Shown piece by piece: positions 9,502 through 20,438 of a stretch of DNA of 64,000 nucleotides. Position 1 is the first letter of the stretch. Each line of letters begins with the position of its first letter. A program made the position numbers and the translations under genes. Under the pieces are notes generated by a model. That model ran no database searches, was not told the origin of the DNA, and was given only the letters and a program-made list of their open reading frames with translations. The stretch is taken from positions 42,653-106,652 of the forward strand of contig CAVPSB010000007.1 in the NCBI GenBank assembly GCA_963708025.1. Direction: 5' to 3'. This DNA comes from an uncultured Candidatus Rokubacteria bacterium. GTDB lineage: Bacteria > Methylomirabilota > Methylomirabilia > Rokubacteriales > DASRDR01.

Positions 9502-11727
9502 CGCGGCGACGGGGCGCCGCGGCCACTTGAAGGTCTGGATCAGCGCGGAGAAATCGTCGGTCCAGGCGGCCAGAGCCGGGTCGCCGCGGGCCTGACGCCA
9601 GCGAGGGTCGGCCGCCAGGGGAGCCAGGTCGGCCGGCTGGCGGGCCATCACCACCCACTCCGACGGCCGCTTGCCTCTCTCGTACTCCTCGTCGCTCACC
9701 ACGGCGTCGTCCTGGACGAGGGCCGCCAGGCTGGCGTCGCGGGCCAGGTTGGCGAGCACCGGCTCGAAGTCCATGTGCCGGTTCGAGATGTTGAAGACGA
9801 GGATCCCGCCCGCGGCCAGCTTGTCGAGGTAGAGGGCCAGCGCCTCGCGCGTGATCAGGTGAAGCGGCGGCGAGTCCGAGCTGTACGCGTCCAGGATGAG
9901 CAGGTCGTAGTCCCGGGGCGGCGCCGAGACGAGCGAGAGCCGCGCGTCGCCGAGCACGACCCGCACGCCGGGGACGCAGTCCCGCAGGAAGGTGAAGTAC
10001 CGGTCGTCCCGCGCGATCCGCTCGACCACCGGGTCGATCTCGTAGAAGATCCACCGCTGCCCCGGCGTGGCGTGACACGCGATGGCGCCGGCGCCGAGGC
10101 CGACGACCGCGACCGACTGGCGGAGCCGCGGCCCGCCGTAGGCGGCGAAGACCTGGCCGAGCGGGCCGGTCCGGTAGAAGTAGGCGAGCGGCTCCCGCCG
10201 CCGGGCCGGCTCCAGGCTCTGCATGCCGTGGAGCGTCGTGCCGTGGAGGAGGTAGTGGTACCCGCCCGGCTCGTCGCGGGTCACCCGGCTGATGCCGAAG
10301 AAGCTCCGCTCGGCGTAGAGGAGCCGCCCCTCCTCTCCCCGGTAGACCCCGGCGGCCACGAGGATGGCGGCGATCCCCAGGCCGAAGCGGACCGGCCGCC
10401 GCGAGAAGGCGAAGCAGACGAGGACGAGCAGCCCGAAGACGAGCCCCATGTGCGCCCGGGCGCCCTCCGGATCGCGGGCCTGGACGATCGCGACCAGGCC
10501 GGCCCCGAGGAGCCCGAGGGCGATCGGGAGTGCCCCGTCGAGGACCCGCTGCATCGGCGTCGAGGCCGCCGCCTTCGGCCGGCGCACCAGGAGGCAGCCG
10601 AGGACGAGCGTCAGCGGGTACTCGAGCACGGTGGTGAAGAGGAGCGGGGCGAGCAGCGCCGTGAACGCCCCGCCCAGGACGCCGCCCACCGACATCCAGA
10701 GGTAGAACTCGGTGAGGTGGCCGGTCGCCGGGCGGTCCCGCGCCAGCTCGCCGTGGCACACCATCGCGATCACGAACAGCGCCAGGGGGTGGACCGGCAG
10801 CACCAGCGCCAGCGGCCCGGTGGCCCGCGAGGCGAGCACCAGGACGAGCGGGAGCATGGCGATGGGGAGCAGCTCCACCATGAGGGTATGGGGGAGCGGC
10901 GGGCGCCGCGCGAAGACGAGGATGAAGGTCAGGAGGTAGATCGCCAGCGGGATGACCCACAGGAGCGGGATGGCGGCGATGTCGGTGGAGAGATAGGTCG
11001 TCACCCCCAGCATGAGGCTCGAGGGCACGAACGACAGGAGCACCCAGCGTAGCCGGCGGGCGGCGGTGGGGGCCGGCGCGGCCTCGGGTAGCGGGCCGTC
11101 GGAGGCGCCCGCCACCGCCGGCACCGTCCGCCGGGCGAGGGAGCGCCAGACGAAGACGGCGCAGGCCAGGGTCAGCACGACGAGCAGGCCGTACGCCGCC
11201 GTCCAGAGCCCGCTCTGCTGGCCGAGGCGCAGGTACGGCTCGATGAGCGACGGGTAGCTCAGGAGCACCAGCATGCTGCCCAGGTTGCTGGCCGCGTAGA
11301 GGAAGTACGGATCGGCGGCCGCCCGGTGGCCGGTCGCCGTGAACCACTTCTGGAGAAGGGGCGCGCTCGTCGACACCACGAAGAAGGGCAAGCCGACGGC
11401 CACGGCCAGCACGGAGAGGAGCCAGGGGATGGGGCTGCCCTGGGCCGGCGGCGTCCACCCCGGGGGCACGCCGATGGGAAGCGCCAGCAGGGGGAGGAGC
11501 AGCACCACCGCGTGGAGCGCGACCTGGCGGCGCGGCCCGAGCCACGCGCTCGTGGCGTGGGCGTAGCCGTACCCGGCGAGAAGGGCCGCCTGATAGAACA
11601 CCATGGCGGTGTTCCAGACCGCCGGCGCCCCACCGAGGAGCGGGAGCACCATCCGCGCGAACATGGGCTGCACCAGGAACAGCAGGGTCGCGCTCAGGAA
11701 GATCGTGACCGTGTAGACGATGAGCAT
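9490..11727 (-). CDS. Fused membrane protein / spermidine synthase-like SAM-binding domain
   Basis: FLSATLLFLVQPMFARMVLPLLGGAPAVWNT, HGTTLHGMQ, VVGLGAG, YEIDP, LDAYSSD. Confidence 0.88.
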   Translation of the reverse strand: MLIVYTVTIFLSATLLFLVQPMFARMVLPLLGGAPAVWNTAMVFYQAALLAGYGYAHATSAWLGPRRQVALHAVVLLLPLLALPIGVPPGWTPPAQGSPIPWLLSVLAVAVGLPFFVVSTSAPLLQKWFTATGHRAAADPYFLYAASNLGSMLVLLSYPSLIEPYLRLGQQSGLWTAAYGLLVVLTLACAVFVWRSLARRTVPAVAGASDGPLPEAAPAPTAARRLRWVLLSFVPSSLMLGVTTYLSTDIAAIPLLWVIPLAIYLLTFILVFARRPPLPHTLMVELLPIAMLPLVLVLASRATGPLALVLPVHPLALFVIAMVCHGELARDRPATGHLTEFYLWMSVGGVLGGAFTALLAPLLFTTVLEYPLTLVLGCLLVRRPKAAASTPMQRVLDGALPIALGLLGAGLVAIVQARDPEGARAHMGLVFGLLVLVCFAFSRRPVRFGLGIAAILVAAGVYRGEEGRLLYAERSFFGISRVTRDEPGGYHYLLHGTTLHGMQSLEPARRREPLAYFYRTGPLGQVFAAYGGPRLRQSVAVVGLGAGAIACHATPGQRWIFYEIDPVVERIARDDRYFTFLRDCVPGVRVVLGDARLSLVSAPPRDYDLLILDAYSSDSPPLHLITREALALYLDKLAAGGILVFNISNRHMDFEPVLANLARDASLAALVQDDAVVSDEEYERGKRPSEWVVMARQPADLAPLAADPRWRQARGDPALAAWTDDFSALIQTFKWPRRPVAASRG

Positions 11728-11845
11728 GGGGTCGTCGCCTGGCAGTCCAGCGTACGCCCGCACCGCGCCGGATTCCTAACATTCCGGCGGGATGGCCGCC
11801 GGTGGCCGGGCTCGCGGTAGAATCGGTGAGGAGACACGCGCAGGC

Positions 11846-12697
11846 ATGCGAGTCCGGACCGAGCGGGACTATTACGCAATCCTCGGTGTGGCCCAGACCG
11901 CCACCGATGACGAGGTCAAGCACGCCTACCGCCGTCTCGCTCTTCGCCATCACCCCGACCGCAATCCGGGAGACCGGAAGGCCGAGGAGCGGTTCAAGGA
12001 GATCAGCGAGGCCTACGCGGTCCTGATGGACCCGCGCCGGCGGCGCGAGTACGAACGGCTCCGCCGGGCCCGCGCCGAAGGGTCCCGACCCCGCGAGCCG
12101 CGCTGGCGCGAGGAGGATCTGTTCCGCGACCTCTTCACCGATCCGCGGACCGCCTCGATCTTCGACGAGCTGTCCCGCGAGTGGACCCGGATGGGACTGC
12201 GCTACGACGAGGCGTTCCTGCGTAACGTCTTCTTCCGTGGCCAGGGGGTCATCGTGATCGGGCCCTCGGGCATCCGCTGGATCGGCACCTTCGGCGGGCG
12301 GGCGCCGGCTGAGCGCGTGGCCGAGGGCGGGGAAGCCGGCGGGACGGCGAGCGGGGAGGTGGTGCCGTCGATCCCCGGCTTCCTTGGCCGGGCGTGGGGG
12401 CGGTTCAGGGAGCGCGTGGCCGCGCCGCTCCGGGCGCTGAAGCAGGCGCTGGCGCTCGATTCGGGCGAGCGAAGCCGGGGCGATCTCTCCTACGAGATCG
12501 CGCTGACCTCCGAGGAGCTCGGCCGGGGAGGCCGGTACCGCGTCACGATCCAGCGGCCCGGCCGCACCGAGGAGCTGCTCGTCCGGATCCCCGTCGGGAC
12601 TCGCGCGGGCACTCGCCTGCGATTGCGCGGAAAGGGAGAGCCCGGACGGGACGGCACCCCCGGCGACCTCTACCTCCTCGTCCGCCCCCGAAGCTGA
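11846..12697 (+). CDS. J-domain protein (DnaJ/CbpA-like, no zinc finger)
   Basis: [27 protein letters not shown]-terminal [14 protein letters not shown]. Confidence 0.9.
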   Translation: MRVRTERDYYAILGVAQTATDDEVKHAYRRLALRHHPDRNPGDRKAEERFKEISEAYAVLMDPRRRREYERLRRARAEGSRPREPRWREEDLFRDLFTDPRTASIFDELSREWTRMGLRYDEAFLRNVFFRGQGVIVIGPSGIRWIGTFGGRAPAERVAEGGEAGGTASGEVVPSIPGFLGRAWGRFRERVAAPLRALKQALALDSGERSRGDLSYEIALTSEELGRGGRYRVTIQRPGRTEELLVRIPVGTRAGTRLRLRGKGEPGRDGTPGDLYLLVRPRS

Positions 12698-12883
12698 GCA
12701 GCGCGCAGCTCCGCGTTGGCCTGACCCAGCTCGTCGGCCCGCTGGACCAGCGCCGCGTGCTGAGCCCGGAGCTACGCCGCCACCCGATTTCGTCCCGGCG
12801 TCACCTTCCGATACGGACGCCCTCCGGCGGTCCCATCCCGGCCCTGTCTCGCCTGGGAGCACCACGCTGGTCTCCACGGTTGG

Positions 12884-14311
12884 TTGATCCTCACCGGCTG
12901 TCGTCGTAGAGTCGAACATGTCCATGTGGCCCAATGGTTCCGGAGGGAGTGGGCTCTGGCCGGTCGAGGCGCCCGGCGCCGTGAGGGCGCGCCGACCGGT
13001 GACGACGATGGCCGGCCCCGGTCGGCGGGTCTGGTCCTGGGGGCCGTGTTGACGTCCCCGGGCCGCCGGCGTCTTGGCCGTGCCCTCGCCGCGCTGGCCG
13101 TCCTCGGTGGGATCGGCTACGGCGTCTGGTGGTATCTGGGGACGCGCCACCAGGTCTCGACCGAGGACGCGAGCATCGAGGGGTCCGTCGTCATCGTCAG
13201 CGCCCGGGTGGCGGGCCCGGTGGCGAAGATCCTCGTGCGCGACAACGAAGAGGTCCGCGCCAATCAGGTAGTCGTGGAGATCGACCCGCGGGACTACGAG
13301 ATCCGGGTCCAGCAGGCGAAGGCCGCGCTGGCCATGGCGGTGGCGAGCGAGCGGGCGGCGCAGACCGACGTGCCGATGACGCGAGCGACGTCGGCCAACC
13401 GGATCGAGCAGATGGACGCGGCGCTCGAGGCGGCCCGGGTCGCGGTCGAGATGGGGCGCGCCCAGGTCGCCGAGGCGCGGGCCCGGCTCGAGGGCCGGCT
13501 GGCCGCCGTGGCCGCCGCCCGCGCCGACGCCGCGGTCGCGGAGACGACCGTGGACAAGGCGCGCCGGGACCACGAGCGCCTGGCCCGGCTGGCCGCCCAG
13601 GGGCTGGTCTCCAAGCAAGACCACGAGACGGCGGAGATCGGCGAGCGGGCGGCCCGGGCCGCGCTGGACGCGACCCACCGCCGGCTCGCCCAGGCCGAGA
13701 GGGAGGCCGAGCAGGCGGCGGCCGAGGTGCGAACCCGGGAGCTGACCGCGGACCAGGCGCAGCGCCGGACCCGGGAGGCCGCGGCGCTCCTCAGCGAGGC
13801 CGAGTCACAGAAGGCGCAGGTGCCGATGAAGGAGGCCGGTGCGGGCCGCGCCGTCGCCGAGGTCCAGCAGGCCCAGGCCGACCTCGCCGCCGCCGAGCTG
13901 CAGCTCGCCAAGAGTCGGGTCCGGGCGCCGGTGGACGGCATCGTGTCCAAGAAGACGGTGGAGCCGGGCCAGCTCGTCCAGCCGGGCCAGCCGCTGCTGG
14001 CGATCGTTCCGCTCCACGGCGTATGGGTCGTCGCGAACTTCAAGGAGACCCAGATGGGGCGCATCCGTCCCGGCCAGCGGGCCACGGTCGTGGTGGACAC
14101 CTTCCCCGATCGGCTCCTGCACGGGACCGTGGACTCGATCAGCGCCGGCACCGGCTCCCGCTTCAGCCTCCTGCCGCCCGAGAACGCCACCGGCAACTGG
14201 GTCAAGGTCGTCCAGCGCGTGCCGGTGAAGATCCTGCTCGACGGCTACAAGCCGAACCCGCACATCCTGCGTCCCGGCATGTCGGCGACCGTCACCATCG
14301 ACGTGCGGTGA
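12884..14311 (+). CDS. HlyD/EmrA family membrane fusion protein
   Basis: STEDASIEG, long coiled coil, VANFKETQ, FSLLPPENATGNWVKVVQRVPV; start uncertain. Confidence 0.9.
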   Translation: MILTGCRRRVEHVHVAQWFRREWALAGRGARRREGAPTGDDDGRPRSAGLVLGAVLTSPGRRRLGRALAALAVLGGIGYGVWWYLGTRHQVSTEDASIEGSVVIVSARVAGPVAKILVRDNEEVRANQVVVEIDPRDYEIRVQQAKAALAMAVASERAAQTDVPMTRATSANRIEQMDAALEAARVAVEMGRAQVAEARARLEGRLAAVAAARADAAVAETTVDKARRDHERLARLAAQGLVSKQDHETAEIGERAARAALDATHRRLAQAEREAEQAAAEVRTRELTADQAQRRTREAAALLSEAESQKAQVPMKEAGAGRAVAEVQQAQADLAAAELQLAKSRVRAPVDGIVSKKTVEPGQLVQPGQPLLAIVPLHGVWVVANFKETQMGRIRPGQRATVVVDTFPDRLLHGTVDSISAGTGSRFSLLPPENATGNWVKVVQRVPVKILLDGYKPNPHILRPGMSATVTIDVR

Positions 14312-14322
14312 GGGCCTGAGGC

Positions 14323-14418
14323 TGAGAGCGCGTGAAGCAACCGGGTTCTCCGACTCCCCCCTCCCCCCAGTGGGTGGGGGAGGGGGGCTGGGGGGGAGGG
14401 CGGGAGGTCCCGAACTAA
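14323..14418 (+). repeat. Family A intergenic element, copy 1
   Basis: TGA-GAGCGCGTGAAG..CCCCCCTCCCCCC..GGGGGAGGGGGG..GGGAGGTCCCGAAC-TAA. Confidence 0.9.
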
Positions 14419-15993
14419 CACCTTGGCTCTCGGGCGAAGCCGCCCGCCGGTGGGTGGTCACGGTGGCCGTCATGCTGGTGGCCACCATGCAGATCCTCGA
14501 CACCACCGTCACCAACGTCGCGCTGCCCCAGATGCAGGGGAGCCTCTCGGCGTCGGTCGACGAGATCACCTGGGTCTTCACGTCGTTCCTGGCGGCCAAC
14601 GCCGTCGTCCTCCCGGCCACCGGCTGGCTCTCGACCCTCCTCGGCCGGCGCCGGTTCTTCTTCGCCAGCACCGTCGTATTCATGGCCAGCTCGCTCCTGG
14701 CCGCAATCGCGCCGAGCCTGCCGGTCCTGGTGGGGGCGCGCGTCCTGCAAGGGATCGGAGGGGGACCGCTCCTGCCGCTGTCGCAGGCGATCCTGATGGA
14801 GATCTTCCCGGCGCGCCAGCGCGGGCAGGCGATGGCGATCTGGGGCCTGGGCGTGATGTTCGCCCCCATCGTCGGCCCGACGCTCGGGCGGCTGGATCAC
14901 CGACAACGTGAGCTGGCGGTGGATCTTCTACCTCAACCTGCCGATCGGCGCGCTGGCCCTGATCCTCGCCTGGGCTTTCCTGGAGGAGCCGACCTACTCG
15001 CCGGCGCCCGTCACGCGGATCGACGGGCTGGGGCTCGCGTTGATGGTCCTCGGGGTGGGCGCCATCCAGATCGCGCTGGACCGCGGCAACCGGCTGGACT
15101 GGTTCGACTCGCCCGACATCTCGATGCTGGTCGTGGTGGGGGGCGTCGCGCTGGTCGCCTTCGTCGCCCGCGAGCTGACCACCGAGCATCCGATCGTGGA
15201 CCTGCGGGTGCTCGCCGACCGGACGTTCGCCATCGGCGCGCTCCTCATCGCCCTCATGGGGTTCGGGCTGTACTCGAGCATGGTGCTCCTGACCCTGTAC
15301 GTCGAGCACCTGCTGGGCTACGACGCCCTGACGACGGGTTACGTGTTGGCCCCCGGCGGTCTGGGCTCGATGATCTCCCTCGCGGTGGCCGGCCGGTTGG
15401 TGAACCGGGTCGACCCCCGCTGGCTGGTGTCCGTCGGCGCCGCCATCATCGCGTACTCGCTCCAGCTCATGTCGTCCTTGAGCCTCGGCGCCGACTTCGA
15501 GACCGTGCTCTGGTCGCGCTTCGTCCAGGGGCTCGGGATGGGGCTCGTCTTCGTCCCGCTCACGACGATGACCCTGGCCGCCGTGCCGGCGGTGGGGATG
15601 ACCAACGCCACCGGGGTGTTCAACGTGGTCCGGAACCTGGGTGGCAGCGCGGGGATCGCGGTGCTGACCACGCTGCTCTCCCGCCAGACCCAGGCTCACC
15701 AGGCGACACTCGTCGGCCGGGTGACCGTCTGGGATCCCGCGACGACCGAGCGCCTCGCCGCCCTCGAGCGCGTTTACGCGGCCGGCGGCGCCGACGCCCA
15801 CACCGCCCAGACCCAGGCTCTCCAGCACCTCTATCTCGAGGTACAGCGGCAGGCTTCGATGAAAGCGTTCCTCGGGAACTTCTGGCTCCTGACGCTCTGC
15901 TTCGCGGCGTTCGTCCCCCTGGTCTGGTGCATGTCCCGGCCGACGCACCTCGCGACGAAGGACGAGGTGCTACAAGCGGTCGAAGCGGGCTGA
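14370..15993 (+). CDS. DHA2/EmrB family MFS efflux permease (frameshift near 14890; start unclear)
   Basis: MQILDTTVTNVALPQMQGSL, WRWIFYLNLPIG, LDRGNRLDWFDS, FNVVRNLGGS. Confidence 0.9.
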
Positions 15994-16006
15994 CGGCCCC
16001 CTCCCG

Positions 16007-16219
16007 GTGCCCTTCCGGCTGCCGCAGCTCGGCCGCCCCCAGGACACCTGGCCCGGCGTCACCATCAGCGGCGCCGTGATCCTGGCCGCGGCCGTTTTGG
16101 CCGACGCCTTCGGCGACCCGCCGCGCGGGGGGCCCCGCCTGATGGTCGGCCTTGCCCTCGGCTTCGTCCTCCTCGTCCTCGGCTACCTGCTCCGTTACTG
16201 GGAGCGGCGCCGCCCCTGA
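16007..16219 (+). CDS. Small hypothetical membrane protein
   Basis: 70 aa with two hydrophobic segments, fills the intergenic gap. Confidence 0.5.
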   Translation: MPFRLPQLGRPQDTWPGVTISGAVILAAAVLADAFGDPPRGGPRLMVGLALGFVLLVLGYLLRYWERRRP

Positions 16220-16227
16220 CCCTCTAA

Positions 16228-16322
16228 CTAAAGAGAGTCCAAACCAAGCGGTCCCTCCGGCACCCCCCTCCCCCCCAGTGGGTGGGGGAGGGGGGTCGGG
16301 GGGTGGGAGGGAGGTCCCGAAC
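16228..16322 (+). repeat. Family A element, copy 2 (5' degenerate)
   Basis: C-tract/G-tract core ending GGGAGGTCCCGAAC, with ATG 16326 three nt later. Confidence 0.85.
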
Positions 16323-16325
16323 AAT

Positions 16326-17456
16326 ATGCGCTACGACCTGATCCTCAAAGGCGGTCACCTCATCGACCCCGCCGCCGGCCTCGACGCGCGCCGCGACGTC
16401 GCCTTCTCGGCAGGGCGGGTGGCGGCGGTGGACGCCGACATCCCCCGGGAGGCCGGGCGGGAGGTCATCGAGCTGGCCGGCGCCTACGTCGCCCCGGGAC
16501 TGATCGACCTCCACGCCCACGCCTTCATCGCGGGCCACGACCTCGGGGTCGAGACCGATCCCATCTGCCGGGCCACCGGCGTCACCACGCTGTGCGACGC
16601 CGGCAGCACGGGGGCGGCAAACTTCACCGGGCTCCGCGAGTACGTGATGGCGCGCGCCGAGACCCGGGTCCTGGCGTTTCTCCACGTGTCGGCCATCGGC
16701 CTCACCCATCTCGGGATCGGCGAGCACTCCTTTCTCGAGTACGCCGACCCGGACCTGGCGGCCGGCGTGGCCCGCGAGCACCGCGACGTGATCCTCGGCA
16801 TCAAGGTGCGGGAGCAGGTCGAGGTCGTCGGGGGCCACGGCCTCGAGCCCCTCCGCCGAGGGATCCGAGCGGCGGAGGCGGCCGGCGTCCCGGTGATCGT
16901 CCACGTCAACAACCCGCCGACCGAGTATGGCGAGGTGCTCGCCCTCCTGCGTCCGGGCGACATCGTGAGCCACTTCTTCCACGGGCGCGGGTCCGGCATC
17001 CTCGACGCCCAGGGCCGCATCAAGCCGACCGTTCACGAGGCGCGGCGCCGGGGCGTCCTCTTCGACGTCGCCCACGGGCGGAATCACGTGAACTTCCCGG
17101 TCGTGCGACGGGCCTTCGAGCAGGCCTTCTACCCGGACAGCATCTCCTCGGACCTGACCCGGCCGGGGCGAGCGGGTGTCGTCAAGGATCTGCCGACCAC
17201 GCTGTCGAAGTTCCTGAGCCTCGGCATGCCGCTCGCCGAGGTCGTACGCGCGGCCACGGCGACGCCGGCGCGGGCGATCGGGCGCAGCGGGGAACTGGGC
17301 ACGTTGCAGGTCGGCGCGGTGGGGGACGCGGCGGTGTTCAAGGTGGAGGAGGGGCGCTTCCCGTACGAGGACGCCGACCGCAACACCATCGAGGGCGCCA
17401 TGCGTTGGGCACCCCGGCTCACGGTCCGGGCCGGCCGGCTGTGGTGGACCGCCTAG
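16326..17456 (+). CDS. Amidohydrolase / dihydroorotase-like (deacetylase family)
   Basis: PGLIDLHAH, GVTTLCDAGSTG, FDVAHG, ISSDL. Confidence 0.88.
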   Translation: MRYDLILKGGHLIDPAAGLDARRDVAFSAGRVAAVDADIPREAGREVIELAGAYVAPGLIDLHAHAFIAGHDLGVETDPICRATGVTTLCDAGSTGAANFTGLREYVMARAETRVLAFLHVSAIGLTHLGIGEHSFLEYADPDLAAGVAREHRDVILGIKVREQVEVVGGHGLEPLRRGIRAAEAAGVPVIVHVNNPPTEYGEVLALLRPGDIVSHFFHGRGSGILDAQGRIKPTVHEARRRGVLFDVAHGRNHVNFPVVRRAFEQAFYPDSISSDLTRPGRAGVVKDLPTTLSKFLSLGMPLAEVVRAATATPARAIGRSGELGTLQVGAVGDAAVFKVEEGRFPYEDADRNTIEGAMRWAPRLTVRAGRLWWTA

Positions 17457-17686
17457 GGGGCGGGGCCGATGAGCGTCGCAACGTCCATCTCGGTCTGGAC
17501 GCGCTCGGCCTGCATCGATCGGACGGCCTTCGGCCTGTGGGCGTCCGTCCCGACCTAGGGTCGTCCTCGGTCGTCGCCGATCCTCGGCGTACTCGGAGTA
17601 CGCCTGCGGTCGGCGACTCCCTGCGTCCATTGGACGGCCTTCGGCCTGTGGGCGCTGCTCGCTCCTCGGCCCCGCCCCCGAGAACT
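17454..17686 (+). mobile_element. Family B MITE-like element, copy 1
   Basis: Terminal inverted repeats GGGGCGGGGCCGATGAGCG / CGCTCCTCGGCCCCGCCCC; internal GGCCTTCGGCC and GGCGTACTCGGAGTACGCC hairpins. Confidence 0.8.
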
Positions 17687-17700
17687 TGACTCGTCAAGGA

Positions 17701-18501
17701 CTAGCGAGGACGGCCGAAGAACAGGAGGATCGCGATGCCGAGCGCGATCCGGTACACCACGAACACCGTCAGCGTGCGGCGCTGGAGGTAGCGGATCAGG
17801 AACCACACCGCCGCCAGGCCAGCCACGAACGAGGTCAGGAGACCCACGCCGAGGGCGGCCGCCTCGCCGCCGGGGAGGCCGTGACGCAGCAGGGTGACCG
17901 TCTTCAGCAGACCGGCGCCGGCGGTGAGGGGCAGCCCGAGCAGGAAGGCCAAGCGAGCCGCGGTAGGGCGATCGAGGCCGGCGAAGAGCCCGGCCGAGAC
18001 GGTGATGCCCGAGCGCGAGGTGCCCGGCGCCAGCGCCAGGATCTGGGCGCAGCCGATCGCCAGACCCCGAAGAACGCCGACGTCGCGCAACTCGTCCACG
18101 TGGGCCCGAGCGGCCCGGCGGTCGGCCCACCAGAGGATGAGGCCTCCCCCGATGGTGGCGAGAGCGACCGTGCCCGCCGAGCGCAGGTAGGCCTCGATGG
18201 GGCGCTCCAGGAGGACGCCGGCGATCGCGGCGGGGATGGTCCCGACGGCCAGGGCGGCGACGAGCCTGCGGTCCCGCCGCGACCCGGTCAGCGTGCCGAT
18301 GGCGAGTCCGCGGAGCTCCGGGGCGAAGTAGCAGAGGAGCGCCAGCGCGGTCCCGAGGTGCACGGCGGCGTCGAAGGCGAGTCCCTGATCCGGCCAGCCG
18401 AGGAGCGCCGGGACGAGGATCAGGTGGCCAGACGACGAGATCGGCAAGAACTCGGTGACGCCCTGGACGAATCCCAGGACCAGCGCGTGGAGGAGCGTCA
18501 C
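17701..18501 (-). CDS. uppP: Undecaprenyl-diphosphate phosphatase
   Basis: LGFVQGVTEFLPISSSGHL and PGTSRSGIT motifs. Confidence 0.95.
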   Translation of the reverse strand: MTLLHALVLGFVQGVTEFLPISSSGHLILVPALLGWPDQGLAFDAAVHLGTALALLCYFAPELRGLAIGTLTGSRRDRRLVAALAVGTIPAAIAGVLLERPIEAYLRSAGTVALATIGGGLILWWADRRAARAHVDELRDVGVLRGLAIGCAQILALAPGTSRSGITVSAGLFAGLDRPTAARLAFLLGLPLTAGAGLLKTVTLLRHGLPGGEAAALGVGLLTSFVAGLAAVWFLIRYLQRRTLTVFVVYRIALGIAILLFFGRPR

Positions 18502-18674
18502 GTGGAGGCTACGGGGGCGTCGCTAGCGGTTTCCCACCGAGGACCGAGCCGCCCTGGGACGACGGGGCGCGAACGTCGCCGACGCGACCACTAGAGTAGG
18601 ACCGTTCGCGCAACCGGAAAGACGGCCCGGGGCGCGGGGCGTGCGGGGCCAAGTGACGAGCCTGGCTAGGGCGG

Positions 18675-18815
18675 AGGGAATCGCCGACCGCGGGCGTACT
18701 CCGAGTACGCCGAGGATCGGCGACGACCCCAGAGGTCGGGACGGACGCCCTCAGGCCGAAGGCCGTCCGATCGACGCAGGCCGAGCGCGCCCCGGCCGAG
18801 ATGGAGGACGACGCC
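18675..18815 (-). repeat. Family B element, partial copy 2 (inverted)
   Basis: Shares GGCGTACTCCGAGTACGCCGAGGATCGGCGACGAC and GGCCGAAGGCCGTCCGATCGA with the other copies. Confidence 0.8.
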
Positions 18816-18838
18816 AGGCGAAGTCAATTGGCTCCGCA

Positions 18839-19654
18839 CTAGCCTACGATGTCCTCGCCGCCATCGACGCCCAGCACGTTGCCGGTCATCCAGTGGGTGC
18901 TCGAGTGCGCGAAGGCGACGATGGCGCCGGCGACGTCCTGGGTAGTGGTCAGGCGGCCGAAGGGGTTGCGGGCCAGGGCGGCCGCCTTGATCCTCTCGGA
19001 CCCCGGGATCTTCTGGAGGGCCGGCGTGTCGGTCACCCCGGCCCGGACGGCGTTGACGGTGATGCCCCGGGGCGCTAGCTCCATCGCGAGCTGGCGAACG
19101 TGGGATTCCAGCGCGGCCTTGGCCCCCGACACCGGCCCGTAGTTCGGCAGGACCCGGGTGCCGCCGCCGCTCGTCATCGCGAAGATCCGCCCGCCGCCAC
19201 CCATCAGGCCACGAACTACGACGTCCTGGGTCCAGTAGACCAGCGTGTGAGCCATGACGTCCAGCGTCATGTCCATCTGGTCCTTGGACACCGCCTCCTT
19301 GATGGGCTCGGCGATGAACGGCTTGAGCGTCCCGAAGGCGAGCGAGTGGAGCAGCACCCGAAGCCGGCCGCTCTCGCCACGGGCCTCCAGGTGCTTCTGC
19401 ACCGCGTCGAGCACCTCGGTCCGGCGGTCCGGGTCGGCGGCGTTGACGTTGAAGAAGAGCGCCTCGCGCCCGTGGCGGCGGACCTCGACGGCGATGCGCT
19501 CGGCATTGGGCAGCGTGGCCTTCCGGTCGAGATGCACGCCGGCGATTGACAGGCCGGCCTCCGCGAGGGCGAGCGTCGTGGCCTCACCGAAGCCGGAAGA
19601 CGCGCCGAGGATCAACGCCCAGCCGGAAAGACGGATCGGGGGGTCGGTCGCCAT
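18839..19654 (-). CDS. SDR oxidoreductase, enoyl-ACP reductase (FabL/FabI-like)
   Basis: LILGASSGFG, YGPVSGAKAALE, AGVTDTPAL, NPFGRLTT. Confidence 0.85.
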   Translation of the reverse strand: MATDPPIRLSGWALILGASSGFGEATTLALAEAGLSIAGVHLDRKATLPNAERIAVEVRRHGREALFFNVNAADPDRRTEVLDAVQKHLEARGESGRLRVLLHSLAFGTLKPFIAEPIKEAVSKDQMDMTLDVMAHTLVYWTQDVVVRGLMGGGGRIFAMTSGGGTRVLPNYGPVSGAKAALESHVRQLAMELAPRGITVNAVRAGVTDTPALQKIPGSERIKAAALARNPFGRLTTTQDVAGAIVAFAHSSTHWMTGNVLGVDGGEDIVG

Positions 19655-19681
19655 GGTGGGCGTCATTCTAGCACGAGGGAT

Positions 19682-20359
19682 TCAGCCGAGACGGCGGCGA
19701 AGCCATCCGGCCTTGAGTCGCCAGAGCCGCTCCTCACGCCGGCGGAACGGCGGCGAGTCGCGGTACGCTCGGACGGCGTCAGCCGCCAGGAGCCGCGCCC
19801 GCTCGCGGTCCTCGGTCGCCAGGTAGGCTCGGGCGAGCTTGTAGCGGCCTTCCACGCTGGAGGCGTGGAGGGCGATGAAGGCCTCGAGCGGTGAGATCGC
19901 GTCGGCCGGGGAGCCCCGGCGGAGTTGGTAGTCCGCGAGGGCGAGGTGAGGCTCGCCATAGCGGAGCTTCGGGTCCAGGACGAGCGCGCGCTCGACGAGA
20001 GGGCGTCCGCCGCCGTCGCCGACACCGAGCCGCGCCGCGCCCAGGTAGTACAGCGTCTCCGGCGTGTCGGGCATGCGCGTCACGGCGGCCTCCAGGTGGG
20101 GCAGCGCGGCCGCCGGGCGGCCGGCCTCGACGAGGAGCCGGCCGAGGTCGCTGCGGGCCGCCGCATCGTGAGGATTGGCCCGCACGGCCTGTTTCAGCTC
20201 GCGGATCGCGCCCCAGCGCTCGACCGCGCGCGGGATCCGGAAGAGACGCCCCGACAGGTAGCCGTAGCCCGCCCCGGAGAGGAGCAACATTGCCAGCAGG
20301 GCCAGCAGCGGCTGACCCGTGATCCAGGAGAGGAGGGCCCACAGGAAGAGCTTCTCCAC
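19682..20359 (-). CDS. Membrane-anchored TPR protein
   Basis: N-terminal hydrophobic segments, NPHDAAARSDLGRLL and further TPR-like helices; GTG start 6 nt after TATCGT. Confidence 0.8.
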   Translation of the reverse strand: MEKLFLWALLSWITGQPLLALLAMLLLSGAGYGYLSGRLFRIPRAVERWGAIRELKQAVRANPHDAAARSDLGRLLVEAGRPAAALPHLEAAVTRMPDTPETLYYLGAARLGVGDGGGRPLVERALVLDPKLRYGEPHLALADYQLRRGSPADAISPLEAFIALHASSVEGRYKLARAYLATEDRERARLLAADAVRAYRDSPPFRRREERLWRLKAGWLRRRLG

Positions 20360-20438
20360 GGCGCCACGATACCCAGCGCGGCGCCTTGCCCGCAAGCGCA
20401 GGGGGCCCCGGCGATCGCCGACGACCTCCCCGAGCATC

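Noticed and set aside
9269-13678. Very long alternative-frame and antisense ORFs (for example 1469 aa, 898 aa, 689 aa)
   Set aside because: These are Arg/Pro/Gly-rich shadow frames of real genes, expected at high GC content.
14880-14910. Split EmrB gene
   Set aside because: A one-base indel in a G run restores PTLGGWITDN; likely homopolymer error.
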